This document shows, piece after piece, positions 52,391 through 64,000 of a stretch of DNA of 64,000 nt. Source of the DNA: Octopus sinensis (taxonomy: Eukaryota); contig NW_021832436.1 in assembly GCF_006345805.1 (NCBI RefSeq), forward strand, positions 1-64,000, written 5' to 3'. The stretch's first letter is position 1; each line of letters starts with the position of its first letter. The position numbers and the translations under genes are program-made. The notes below the pieces were generated by a model, which saw only the letters and a list, made by a program, of their open reading frames with translations, made no database searches and was not told where the DNA came from.

Positions 52391-52830
52391 AACGGTCTAG
52401 GCACGTGATGCCCACTTCCACTTCAACAATTTCCCCGGTGACCTTATCGTGGACCACAATATCGGGTTTGTTGTCCTGTACAACAATCGAGGTGCGTACG
52501 GGGGTATTCACCTTAATGCACACCTTTGAGTTCCCACATACCGATTGAACTCAACTTTTTGGACCATCTCAAGCCATACTTATTGCAGAGCATAACATTG
52601 CTGCCCTACTACACACACATTCTACTACATACTTTCTCGTTTCGGGTGTGATTAATGAGGCTGGGCTCTCAACCACGCCAAGATATTTATACCCTTGGTG
52701 CTCCTCCACGACTTTGAATAGGTCACCACACATAGGAGTGTTAGTCGCCGACTTGTTGTAGTTGAGCTCTAGACCCACGACTTCATAAAACCTTCCAACG
52801 CTTTTCTCATCGAGTGGAGGATTATTCACT
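52390..52830 (-). pseudogene. R4/Dong-like fragments (RT end joined to RLE piece)
   Basis: GLELNYNKSATN..YKYLGVVE; NKPDIVVHDK..EVGIT. Confidence 0.7.
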
Positions 52831-53854
52831 GTTTATTTTGAAAAATTGACTTTCTTTCATAACATGCAAAATGAGTTTTAATTTTTTTAATGTTCAACAC
52901 AAAAATTCTTGTTCAAAAAAATAATTGTAAAAATAATGGGAGCTAGAATACTAAAAAAGGTCGTTAAAAGAATCTACAGTTTTCAAACTTATCTGGTAGT
53001 CTATATTAACTAAATAGTGGCAATATTTTTGTATTCTGAAAGCCGTTATATAGAAAGCAATGGTTCAGTTTTAAAATAAAAGATCTTTTAAAACATGCGC
53101 GTTTTTAAACCTTTTAAATATGGATTGATAAGTAAAAATTAGTCAAGAATTATCACTGAGTACTTCAAGAAAACCTATATACATTGTATCTATCAAAGAA
53201 GTCAATAATTAAACACTTATTTTCTGGAACTCGCTGTTTTAATAAAAATTCAAAGGATTTATCTTATGCTACTATAATTTTGAGCTATCAAGTTGATAAG
53301 CTAAACTGGAGAATTATATAATTACAACTGGCATGCAATAACCTATTCATTTATTGATCAACATGAAATCATTAACAACAATATAAAAGAATGTCATGTT
53401 TGATTTAGACAAGTTTCGTGAATGTGCTAGTTTGAAAAAGATGCTATATTTTTAAGCCAATTTATATAAAATGACTTCTCCTTTGATGGCATTCACAGGG
53501 CCATTCTAAAATAATGATATTAATGCTCGCAGATCGAGCTCGTCTTTCCTCCCGGACTTTTTTATTCTCATATTTAGTGATAGATTAAATTTATTAGTAG
53601 TAATACTTATGTGGGTCAAGTAAGAAATCGATATCAAAACAATAAAAAACCTGTTTTTTACATTTACTGAATACAATTAATTAAGCCTTGCTGATCAAAA
53701 TCGTTATTTTCTACTAATTTGTTAATGAAGTACTGCAAATTGAATTAAAAAAAACAATAATTAATAACAACAAGCACAAATATATGTTCGAACAATTACC
53801 CAGCCGTTCTATAAATAGACACGAAACGCGATTTGTGTTATTTTAGAAAAAAAC

Positions 53855-56257
53855 ATGTTTTTACTGATGACTCTCGTACTTATAAGATTTACAAATGGAA
53901 GAGTTGTTTACACGATTATTGAAGAGGAACCTCCAGGAATAGTCTTGGGGAATATTTATGACCAGTTCAACATTACTAGAAAACATTACTTGGCAAATAT
54001 AATTCTCACACAAATTACCAAAAACACATTTTCGAAAATTTATCCCAATTTAGTGACGTTAGAGACAAAATCGGGGAACTTGAAATTAAACTCTAAGATT
54101 GACCGGGAGAAAATATGTCCCAGCGCTAAGGAACAAGAAGAATGTCTATTAGACATGCAAATATACTTATCCTCCATAGATAAACCTCTAACTGCCAACC
54201 TTCTGGTGATTGACATAAACGACAATCCTCCTTATTTTCTTTCAAAAAAGTATTATATCAAAGTAATTCTATTTCCCATAACTTAAGATTCTGGAAAACG
54301 CAAGCGGACATGAATTCAGGTTGCCACTGGCTACTGATCTCGACCAGCATTACGGAATCGCCTCATACGAAATCAACAACACAGAACATTTTAATCTGAA
54401 ATTTATAGACCGCCCGTTCAAAAAACTATACCTTATAATTAAGAAGGCGGTCGACAGGGAGGAGGTAGTCGTGCAATACACATAATCGTTAGCAAAAAGA
54501 AATTTATATTTGTTTAATGGCCAAAGACAGCGGAAATCCGCCAAAATATGGAAGAACGATTTTACATATTGAAATAGTCGATCTAAACGACAATGTGCCT
54601 GAATTTGAGCAACGACAATATCATTATCTAATAGATTCAGTCAGTTATAATTCTTCATCAGAATGGATTTACGTTGGGACTGTGCGTGCAATAGATAAAG
54701 ACGCGACATGGCCGAATAATAAAGTATATTATGACATTTCAGACAAGACACCCTGGTACTACATCAACACCTTTAAAATAGACAAAGTAACCATTTAATT
54801 ACATATAAATAATTGAAAACATTAATATTTGGTAGAAGAATGGCAGCATTTTAATGAAAAAGTCAAAAAGGATGATTAATTGCTACATTTTAATTCTTGT
54901 CGCGTTCAACGTCTACTCTCCTTACTTCGAATCTTATTCGAAAGCTATAATTTATACGGAAATCTTTCATGATCCGAGACCATTAATCTTCTTTACTTAT
55001 GAACTCAAAAAATTATCGAAATATCAATCAGGAGGAGTTCCTATTGCCCGTTTTGTGCTTTATTTTCCGTTCTTCATGTCCATCGGATTCTCCAACTGTT
55101 CTATTCATCGAAAAGACGCTTTCAATCTTGTCTATTCCCAAAAGTTACGGGAGTTCATTATTTTGAGCAAAAATATCGAATTTAAGACAAAATCTGTAAC
55201 TTCTTCACTGTCCTGTGTTGGAAGGACTGTTAAAGAAGATCCAATTCGATATATCTTTACTTTTGAAGTTTTGGATGACCCAAAAAGAGGCATAATTACT
55301 GAAAATGACTACTACTTTGAGATAGAAGAAAATTCGCCGATTGGAGAGTACATCGGAAGAATTAAAATCCCAAATAGACGGAATTTGACTTTGGTCAGTG
55401 AAAATTACAGTTCCGTGATTAGCATTGATTGGTCCTCAGGAAGGATCTTTTCGCAAGTAGTGCTCGACAGAGAAGTAAAGGAACTTTTCAAATTAAATGT
55501 GCTCTTTAGTAGTGAGGAAAATCTAGAAAGGTACAGGATCACTCTTGTGGTCACAGACGTTAACGATAATCTTCCTTTTTTTAAAACACCTGTGCAGAAT
55601 ATTACTGTGCCCAATTTTACTGCCGAAAATGGTTTCATTTGCATTGTACAAGCCGTTGATCGCGACATTTATCCTTTTAATGTGACAAAGTATTACGTAG
55701 AGAAGGTTGAAAGTGAGAATGAGGAGATTTTGATGATTATTGGTAAGGACAACGGCGTTCTTCGTTGCGTGAACTGTTCTCTGGTTATGTCCCATTTTCT
55801 CAGAGTCACTGTTGGGGCGTACGATCCAGACTATCCAAACATGACTACCACAAATGTTATTTATATTCGTAGAATTGATGGAGTTTGTTCTTCTGTGGAT
55901 AAAAGTCATTTTGTGGTTTATTGCTCCGAAAACACTCAGAAACCGAAATTTTCGTTATCTTCTAAATTCATGATCATTTTGGCCATTGTTTGTAGTATTT
56001 TATTAACAATCTGCATCACTTTTAAATGGATTAAGTATCAATCAAATAAACACAGTTCTCAAAAAAAATTAAGGAAATCGGAAGTAAGTTTTTCCTTTAT
56101 GATGTGTTCTTAGACATTTTTGAAAATTGAGGAATACAACCGACTTAAAAGACAGATAAAAAGGACTGCTTGTTGTGGGGAAAAGTATGGCAAAAGATCT
56201 TTTGACCTTGCGGTGGAAAGTCCAAAGATAATTAATATTAAAAATTGTCACATTTAA
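53855..56257 (+). CDS. Protocadherin-like cadherin (signal peptide, cadherin repeats, TM, short tail)
   Basis: VVYTIIEEEPPG, IDREKIC, DINDNPP, DLNDNVPEF, LDRE, DVNDNLP, TM at ~55970-56030. Last intron is 30 nt. Confidence 0.85.
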
Positions 56258-56597
56258 TTTTATTAACTTTCATTTAAGTAAAATCACGTCAATATTTTGA
56301 TTAAAATTGAGAAATAAAAATTGAAAGCGCTGCGAGAGGAAGTAACATTCAAATATGTTAAATGGGCAACAAGTTTACGCATAGACAACAGGTTAAATTT
56401 TTTGACTTTGTAGACGTCAAAATAAAAGTATTTGATTTTTTGATTTTCACAAATATTATTTCTATTTACCAATTATACATTTTAACTTTTCTTTTTATTG
56501 ATTCAAATAACTTCGTGTACTTAATTAATTAAAAAAAGAGCTAAAATTTCACTCAGTCTAGGAGATAACCCCTGAATCTACACCTTTTTGGTATCAA

Positions 56598-56870
56598 ATA
56601 TCCGAATTGAGATGTCAAACGTCATTACTGTGGTTTCTAATATCCGAACTGAGATGTCAAACGTCATTACTGTGGTTTCTATTATCCAAACTGAGATGTC
56701 AAACGTCATTACTGTGGTTTCTAATATCCGAACTGAGATGTCAAACGTCATTGCTGTGGTTTCTAATATCCGAACTGAGATGTCAAACGTCATTACTGTG
56801 GTTTCTAATATCCGAACTGAGATGTCAAATGTCATTATTGTGTTTTCTAATATTCGAACTGTGATGTCAA
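56598..56870 (+). repeat. 39-bp tandem repeat, left arm (about 7 copies)
   Basis: atatccgaactgagatgtcaaacgtcattactgtggtttcta-type units. Confidence 0.95.
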
Positions 56871-58162
56871 ATATGTTAATGTCAAAATTACGTATCTAAA
56901 AAAATATAAATGGATTTTTGTTCGTTCGAAATGAATACTTTTGTTAAAACTATGAATACTTTTGTTAAAACTATGAATACTTCTTCTCGTGTTAGTAAAA
57001 CATATAATAAAACAAATTTGGAAGCCAAAATGAGAATTATATCTGCTTATGAAAATGAAGATGCAGATTGGCATATTGTGGCGGAATTGAATGGAGTTAA
57101 GCGAAATACAGCTTATAAATGGATACGAAATGCTTTACAACCTAATAAAAAACGTAGAGGATTCAGATGGTCAAAAATAACAGACAATGAAATATCGAGA
57201 ATGATAAACTATGTTGAGGAAAATCCTGTCATCACTCTAAGCGAAATTTGTGCGAAACTACTTAATGAAACTGGAATTTCTATCCATTATTCGACAGCTG
57301 CTAAATATTTACATGGAAAATTATTTACAGTTAAAAAAGTATTTTTATATTGGTAAAGGCAAGGTTATAACTGAATCCAATTTAATGAATTCAGAAGCAA
57401 ACAAAATGAAAAGGAAAGAATATGTCGAAAAATAATAAATAGAAAAAGTCGAGACAAAAATATAATTTATATGGACGAAACTAATGTAAACTTATTTTTA
57501 AGAACTCAAGTATAATTTATTAATGTTGATTTTCGAAGGGGCGCTCGTTAAAAGGGAAAAGATGCATTTTAAAGACTCCAGCAAACAAGGGATAAAATAT
57601 TCACATAATTGGAGCCATTAATGAGAACAAATTAATATATTGGGAACGAAGACGCGGAAATTTTAAAAAAGAGGATTGCCAGCAATGGTTCAGAGATATG
57701 ATCAGAAGTACAAATGAAAAATATTCAGAAATTTGTATTGTGATAGACAACGCACCGGTATATTCACAGTTAGAGAAAATGATTGGAGAAGAATTTCGAG
57801 ATATTGAAATTATAAGATTGGGACCTTACAGTGCACCATTAAATCCAATAGAGGAATGCTGGAGCGTGCTTAAGAGTGAACTAAAAAGAAAAATGGCGAC
57901 AACTGATTTTTTAATTACAGAAAATGGACTCACCCAAAAAGAAACCAGGCTACGAATTTTAGAAAATTGCATAGACACTTGTATTTCTGCAATAACACCA
58001 AGAATTTGCTCACTGACATGCAATCATGTTCAGAAACATTTTCCAAGTATTATCGAGATGAACGATTTAACTCCCGATGACAATATTTAGCAACTTAACA
58101 TTGATTTCAATAATAAATATCATTTTTTCACTATTGTGCAGAAAATATAGGAACGGACATTT

Positions 58163-58518
58163 GACATCACAGTTCGGATATTAGAAAACACAATAATGAC
58201 GTTTGACATCTCGGTTCGGATATTAGAAAACACAATAATGACATTTGACATCTCGGTTCGGATATTAGAAAACACAATAATGACGTTTGACATCTCGGTT
58301 CGGATATTAGAAAACACAATAATGACGTTTGACATCTCGGTTCGGATATTAGAAAACACAATAATGACGTTTGACATCTCAGTTCGGATATTAGAAAACA
58401 CAATAATGACGTTTGACATCTCAGTTCGGATATTAGAAAACACAATAATGACGTTTGACATCTCAGTTCGGATATTAGAAAACACAATAATGACGTTTGA
58501 CATCTCAGTTCGGATATT
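58163..58518 (-). repeat. 39-bp tandem repeat, right arm (about 9 copies, inverted)
   Basis: Reverse complement of the left-arm unit, more homogeneous. Confidence 0.95.
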
Positions 58519-58599
58519 CGACACCAAAAAGGTGTAGACTGCGCGTTGGCATGAATCTGACCATCCGTGCACTTAACGTAGGCCCTATGAGGGTGAGGT

Positions 58600-60067
58600 T
58601 GATAAAATAAAATACTACGAATAACAAAAGACGAACTCTGTATTAAAATATAGTTTTTTTTATTTTTTTTTGTAAGTAATTTAATTTTTTTTTTATTGTG
58701 TAATTTAATTTTATTAACCAAAACGAAGCTAGATTAGTTTTATATTATAAATCGTCACGCTCCGGCAGCCAGTATCGCGTGCGTGTTGCCACGAAGAACT
58801 GCAATTCCGATACGTTGGCGAAGCCAATACCCCTCGCGACTGTCCCTCCTTCATTTAGCCAGCATCGCCCCAATTTCCTTGAGAAATTCCGCGGTTTTGG
58901 ATCCCACTACACCAGACGTCTCTATCGAGATTGGGACAAAACGGAAAAGTTTTCCGATCTCCAAATACTTAGATATCTTCGCCTTTTCTGCTGCATTAGC
59001 AGCCCAACCGGGCGAATGAATATTCCGAAGAATCATGGACTGGGAGAACGGTCTACGCACGTCGCATCCCATGCGAGTGATTTTCCCTGGGAGTACGGGA
59101 AAAGAGTTATCCCATCGGGCCTTCTGCCATCTCCCCGGTCAAGCCCGATGGGTTCCAGGTGTGCTGGAAATCCTGCGCTCTCGAGGGCCCGTCGTATTAT
59201 GTCGTTGAGTGCGGCATGGCGGGGAGCGCGACCTGCACTCCTCTTGCAGGACAAAGGGTGTAGTCCTTTGGAATCGACTATTCCTCCGCACCGGCATCTG
59301 TGTTCCTGACAGACGTCAAGACCCAAGCGTTGTGCAACACCGATTCTCACACAATCGTCGTCCATAAGCGTACCGAATGAACTGCATGGAAATGCGTGGA
59401 GCCATGCACCACTCCCGTGCTGTGCCCCGGATAGCAAACAGACGAGCCGGTGTTGGTTCAGCTCCCGCTTCAGGTCATCAACGACAGCCTTGCATGATAT
59501 TGCGTCCCAACAATTCTGTCTCGAGACATCATCTGGGATTGAAAGTCCGGCTTCCTTCCATTGCAAGCAAGCCTTGTCAAATACTGTGTCCAAGGAGAGT
59601 CCAGTAGTGTTACGTAGGATTTCCTGGACGAGATGACTGCAGCTTGAAAGCGATGACAGATATGCCGGGAATGCGAAATCCAGCGCCGACCTGAGACCCG
59701 TTCCTCCGATGCGTGTAGGAAGCTTGCATTGATTCCAACCAGGTTCGTCAAAGTGGATGTTCAAGAGCGATTCAGCTGAACTTCTCAAAGTCCTATCCAG
59801 TGTCTGTAGAATGTCTCGATGTTCCAAGCAGGGAGAACAACGGAGAGCGTATTGGAGTTTAGGCAAGCCAGTGCTATTTTTCAAAAGGAAGAATGCAGTA
59901 TGAGCGTTGAGTAAGGAGAGTTTCTCCGTAACTCTAGAAAGACCCTTGTTTTTTTCCAGCAGATGGCACCGCAGTTCCTTTTCGCCAAGTGGGCACCCAA
60001 GAAAGTATGCCCTCTCCCGAGGTAAGACAGTAATCCCAGGTAATATCGACAGTAATCCCAGGTAATA
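58600..60067 (-). mobile_element. 5'-truncated CRE-clade retrotransposon (frameshifted)
   Basis: FLGCPLG, PKLQYALRCSP, CRCGG..HPLSC..RHAALND, GDGRRPDG, IAVLRGN..TGA at 58755; A-rich 3' region. Confidence 0.88.
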
Positions 60068-60112
60068 GTAATTTAATTATAAATTAACGTCTTTAGTTAC
60101 TAATAACTAACT

Positions 60113-61690
60113 AATCTATATAATTCTCCTCCTTTTTGGACCGTTGCACTGGATCTGCGTATTCTCCTCCTCTAACACTTCATATGACACATGAGACACA
60201 TCTTCCGGCAAATCTGGTGGATCTGTTGTTTCTCTAGCCAATTTTAGGAGGTGGTTGGTGGCCCTTGAAACTTGTTCCTCATGTTTTTCAATTTCCACTC
60301 CATGTTTATGTTCAACAAGCATGGCCTCCAATGTCTTCTTAATCGTCAGCGATTGTATATACGATCTAGTGGAAGCATCCAACTTCAGTCTTTCCATATA
60401 AGACTTATAGAATTTAGAAACTATCCCGTCCCATGTGAGGACAATGGGGATTATCGTTACCTTCGCGCCGTGGATTTGAGATAATTCTCCAGCAAGAAGA
60501 TCATATTTGTAATTCCGACTTCAATTAGAGTGACATGGCGTGGGAAGTAATTCCGACTTCAATTAGAGTGATTTCGTTTTATCAAGGACAAATATATCTG
60601 GTCTATTGTTTTTTACATGAACATCTGTCTGCAAGGTGGTGTCCACTCTTATCTCCACTTTATGATTTGAACTAACTGACTGGACTGTGTGTGACTTTAA
60701 CCTTTTGGTTTTCCTGATTCCATATTGGCGGCAGAGATGCAAATGGATGCATCTTATAACTTCATTATGTCTTCTGGTATAATCACTGTTCAGCATTCTG
60801 CTACATCTTGTAGCCATGTGATCAACAGATTTTTTAGCTTGATTACAATGATTGCACATTCCTCCGTTATCGTTGAAAAATATATTTCGATCCTGAATAA
60901 TACAATACATTGCTTCTGATCTCGGACTGTTGTTTCCATTCACTAGCCATTCCGTAGATATATTGATGTCAACATTCTGATCCTCACAACATTTGAAAAG
61001 TACGGAATGCAACATCTTCGATTTAATAATCTTCATTAGATTCTTTTGTTGATTCTCCTTTATTATGTTTATATTCAATTCTGAAGGATCTTCAATATTG
61101 TATTTGAAGGTAAGAAATCTTGCGATGGTGGCCATATGTGTTTTATTTATTTTCAAGACCCGCAAGATTCCAGCCTTTCTGAGACACATTGCAGACTTTC
61201 TTTCAAGATCAGTCAAAAATTGATATAACATGCATTCACTTTTATGGACAATTGAATTAAGTCCTCTTCCAAAGTTAGATCTGCTTATATATAATCTTTC
61301 TTTATTTGCAGGTTTCAGATGAACATGTAAATTAGATAGAATCCTTCGAACTTCGGTATCAATGGCTTGAAACTCGTGTGTAAAGTGATAGAGAATATTC
61401 ATTAATCGCCTTGAATAGATTCACTGCATTTAGCTTCGTGTTCACTAAGCTTTCAATTCTCTTCTTTACATTTTCTGCAATTTTTTTCATAACTTCATGT
61501 TTCAATACATTGCTTCCTTTATCCTCCAGGACTCCCAGATATCGATAACCATCATATCCGTCAAGACTTCTAGTTTCTTTAACATAATTCAGATTGGTTG
61601 CAGATTTTTCAGTCAACTTTGTTAATTGAAAATCAAGAGATTTGTTTAAATTTAGACTCGATTGAAAATTCAAGTATTTTAAGTCGATTC
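60113..61690 (-). mobile_element. 5'-truncated R4/Dong-like retrotransposon (RT end + RLE)
   Basis: YRYLGVLED, KERLYISRSNFGRGL, IQDRN..CNHC..VDHMATRC..DYTRRHNEV, RPDIFVLDK, EVGIT, VLTWDGIV. Confidence 0.88.
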
Positions 61691-62205
61691 TAATTGTCCA
61701 GGTCTAAAAAATTAAATTTGATTTAAATCCGATTAATGGAAATTCAGCCTACTATACTATAAGGCGATGAAGAAAAACACAGTAAGCTCAAATTCATCGA
61801 TGGCATGAGAAAATTATTAAATTATTCACAACCCCGCTACTTAAACCGAACTAATAGCTGATCATTTTGAGAATAAATTTAAGTTAACTACCGAGCATAT
61901 TCTCCCTTTTACTGCACATCCGTACACCTCGAGGGCCCATCATAGTAGAAGAGGTCGGACGCTGTATCATGGCCCATAAGTCTGACAGAAGGAGGCGGAC
62001 ATGAAGAAGAGGAAGAAGGTGGAATCAATATTATTTAGCAAGGTAAAATTAAGATTTTTCAAGATACAATGTAACAGCTTCCAATGCGTACTCACCCGTC
62101 CATGACAAAGAAGAGCTTGGTTGAAATAATTAACAACAAAAATTTATACTATAATAAAAATAAGCGAATATTAAAAATAACAAATTTTCATAAATGATTT
62201 TATTT

Positions 62206-64000
62206 TCATTCCTTATAACGTAATTTCTACGAAAATGACTCATATTTATACGAGTGTGCAGATGTAATCAAGCTCCTTTAATTTGTCCAATAGCTGGAGC
62301 ATTTCTGAAGTAGACAGTTTCTCTTTCTCACATGAATCTCTTACGTACTTCTAGAAATATCACATATTCAACGACCAAAAAAACACTAAAGTCGAAATTT
62401 TCATATCTTTCAATCACAATCTAAAAATAGATAGCAAATTCCGACATTTTTTATTTCCTCTTCGGCTTTTTCTTTTCTTTTCCGTAGTTTATCCACATCA
62501 CTTTGCCAGGCATTTGAAGCCAAAAATAAAATCAAGAAATTACATTCTTCAGCATTTCGATTTTGAACTCCAATTCGCTTTTGCGCGATAAATGACCTGG
62601 AGATGTTGTATTTTTGTAGTTACTTCCCAATAATTTTAAATAGGCTTGTCGAAATGACCGTGGCTCACTGCTCAAATCATCTTTGAAAGGTGAATGAAAC
62701 GGCTGAGATATAAAGTTGAACCACCTTATTTGGATAATAACGCGGAGTAGAAAAATTATCAAGAAAGGCGGAACTGTGATTCAGATGACTATATTTCATA
62801 CTGTTTGATTTTTCTAGGAATGTAACCGACAATAAACCATAAAACAAAAACGGCTTAATGAATTTCTGTAACGATAAGAACTAAAATAAGTACTTGTTCG
62901 CTGGAACACCAAAAGTCGTCGCAAAAATGTGAATCGTTAATAATACTTGAGGCAGTAATGGACGGAGCCTCCACTTCATCAAACAATGGGCCATGGACCT
63001 AAATTATTTAAAAATATCAATTAAACTTGAATCCTAGATGGATTCTTGGATGGCTCATAATTCACATTTTCTTTCCACCACGGCTCTGAGTCAATATATG
63101 AAGAGGGGACCAAATCATTCTTTGTCAAGATTGGAATGACTATTTATATCGGCTAACAACACAAACTAGAATTGGACGCGATTAAAGCAATTTCGGGATC
63201 AAAAGCTTTGTTCTTTTCTCCTAAGACTATTAAAAGTAGTTTAACCGATCGAATGTGCAAAAGCACAAAATTCTCTTCTTGGACAATATCTGTTCTTGAG
63301 AACATCTTTGCATTCGAACGACTTGTATATCTGCAAAATTAATATTAAATGACTTGCCTTTTCGTGGAATTGAAGTTCTGTGCGAGTATGGCAGTGGGCA
63401 CAATATTCATTCGGGCACAATTTAGGATCCAGCCACTCTGAATTCAATTTGACCCTGGAGCATGGGGTTGAACTTTTTAATTGGAAAAGTAATGCCTACT
63501 CGTAAACAAAATGTGCCGGGCTTCTCCTTTTATCTTTAGCGTTATGATAATAAGGGCATGCATAGCCCTGTTTGCATAATCGACCAGGTTTCCTGCACGG
63601 TGTTGTTTTATATGTCAAAGAAACGTATTCGGCTTCTATTAGAATAATGATATGAAAATAAGTACCATAGTGAAAGTCATCAGTCATCAGTTTGTGCCAG
63701 TCGTTCATCGACAGAGACGAATAGTTTTCTACTGGATTGTCCACGAAGTTTTGAACAACAAATTCACGAACGTCGTATACAGGACTTCTCAATTCAGTTC
63801 TGGAATGTGCATATGCGCAGTTGACCCCTTTTCGTTTGCAAACACCATTCTCGTCAACATTTGACGAGCAAAATGAGGTTTTGAAAAACCTATAGTGATG
63901 CGACCGCTCACAATCATCAACATTTCGATGAAGGAACATACACCTAAGGAAACATACAACTATCCCAGAAATATGTCAAACTCATTTCCGTATGGACATT
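62206..64000 (-). CDS. UNK: Unkempt-family CCCH zinc-finger protein (5' end outside the window)
   Basis: FKTSFC..C..CAYAH, YKTTPCRKPGRLCKQGYACPYYHN..DKRRSP, HTRTELQFH..YKS..C..CAFAH; coiled coil SNAWQSDVDKLRKRKEKAEE. The 3' end is approximate. Confidence 0.85.

Larger units (their letters stand above)
56581..58534 (+). mobile_element. IS630/Tc1-type (DD34E) transposon with long foldback-like TIRs made of 39-bp repeats
   Basis: TA|cacctttttgg...ccaaaaaggtg|TA; HTH region; YMDET, IDNAP and LGPYSAPLNPIE. Frameshifts and one in-frame stop. Confidence 0.9.

Noticed and set aside
15576-57600. TAA/TAG reassigned to Gln (in-frame stops at 15576, 45781, ~57594)
   Set aside because: These stops occur only in decayed elements. 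Host gene models end in TAA, TAG and TGA, and their frame breaks are explained by introns.
56578-58721. 13-aa repeat ORFs
   Set aside because: These are translations of the 39-bp TIR repeats.
60509-60571. 25-bp direct repeat in the R4-like element
   Set aside because: This is a local rearrangement next to an internal deletion in a dead copy.
1-64000. tRNA, rRNA or SL RNA genes
   Set aside because: None was recognisable by eye. tRNAscan or Infernal would be needed to exclude them.

Overview
AT-rich eukaryotic (animal) genomic window. The host genes have very short spliceosomal introns (about 22-31 nt): VPS50, PREB/SEC12, ASF1, CFAP251/WDR66, TVP23, a long-chain acyl-CoA synthetase, seipin, a protocadherin and unkempt. 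A protocadherin, a motile-cilium gene and micro-introns together fit best with a dicyemid or similar reduced ciliated parasite (inference). Bases 1-17178 are a head-to-tail ~8.3-kb macro-repeat (two full units plus a 3' stub). Each unit has a 75-bp A/B satellite array, a PHD-finger + CRE-clade reverse transcriptase ORF truncated before its endonuclease, a Jockey-type RT remnant (in frame in unit 2), and part of an older CRE copy. A Ginger2-type element interrupts the second array only. The remaining intergenic DNA is dense with transposon debris: many CRE-clade fragments, R4/Dong-like, RTE and Jockey-like LINE remnants, three hAT elements with verified TSDs, and a foldback-like IS630/Tc1 element whose transposase appears to carry host-type micro-introns. 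The first ~10 kb show many single-base indels, probably consensus errors. All protein identities come from recognising motifs by eye; no searches were run. No rRNA, tRNA or CRISPR array was seen.
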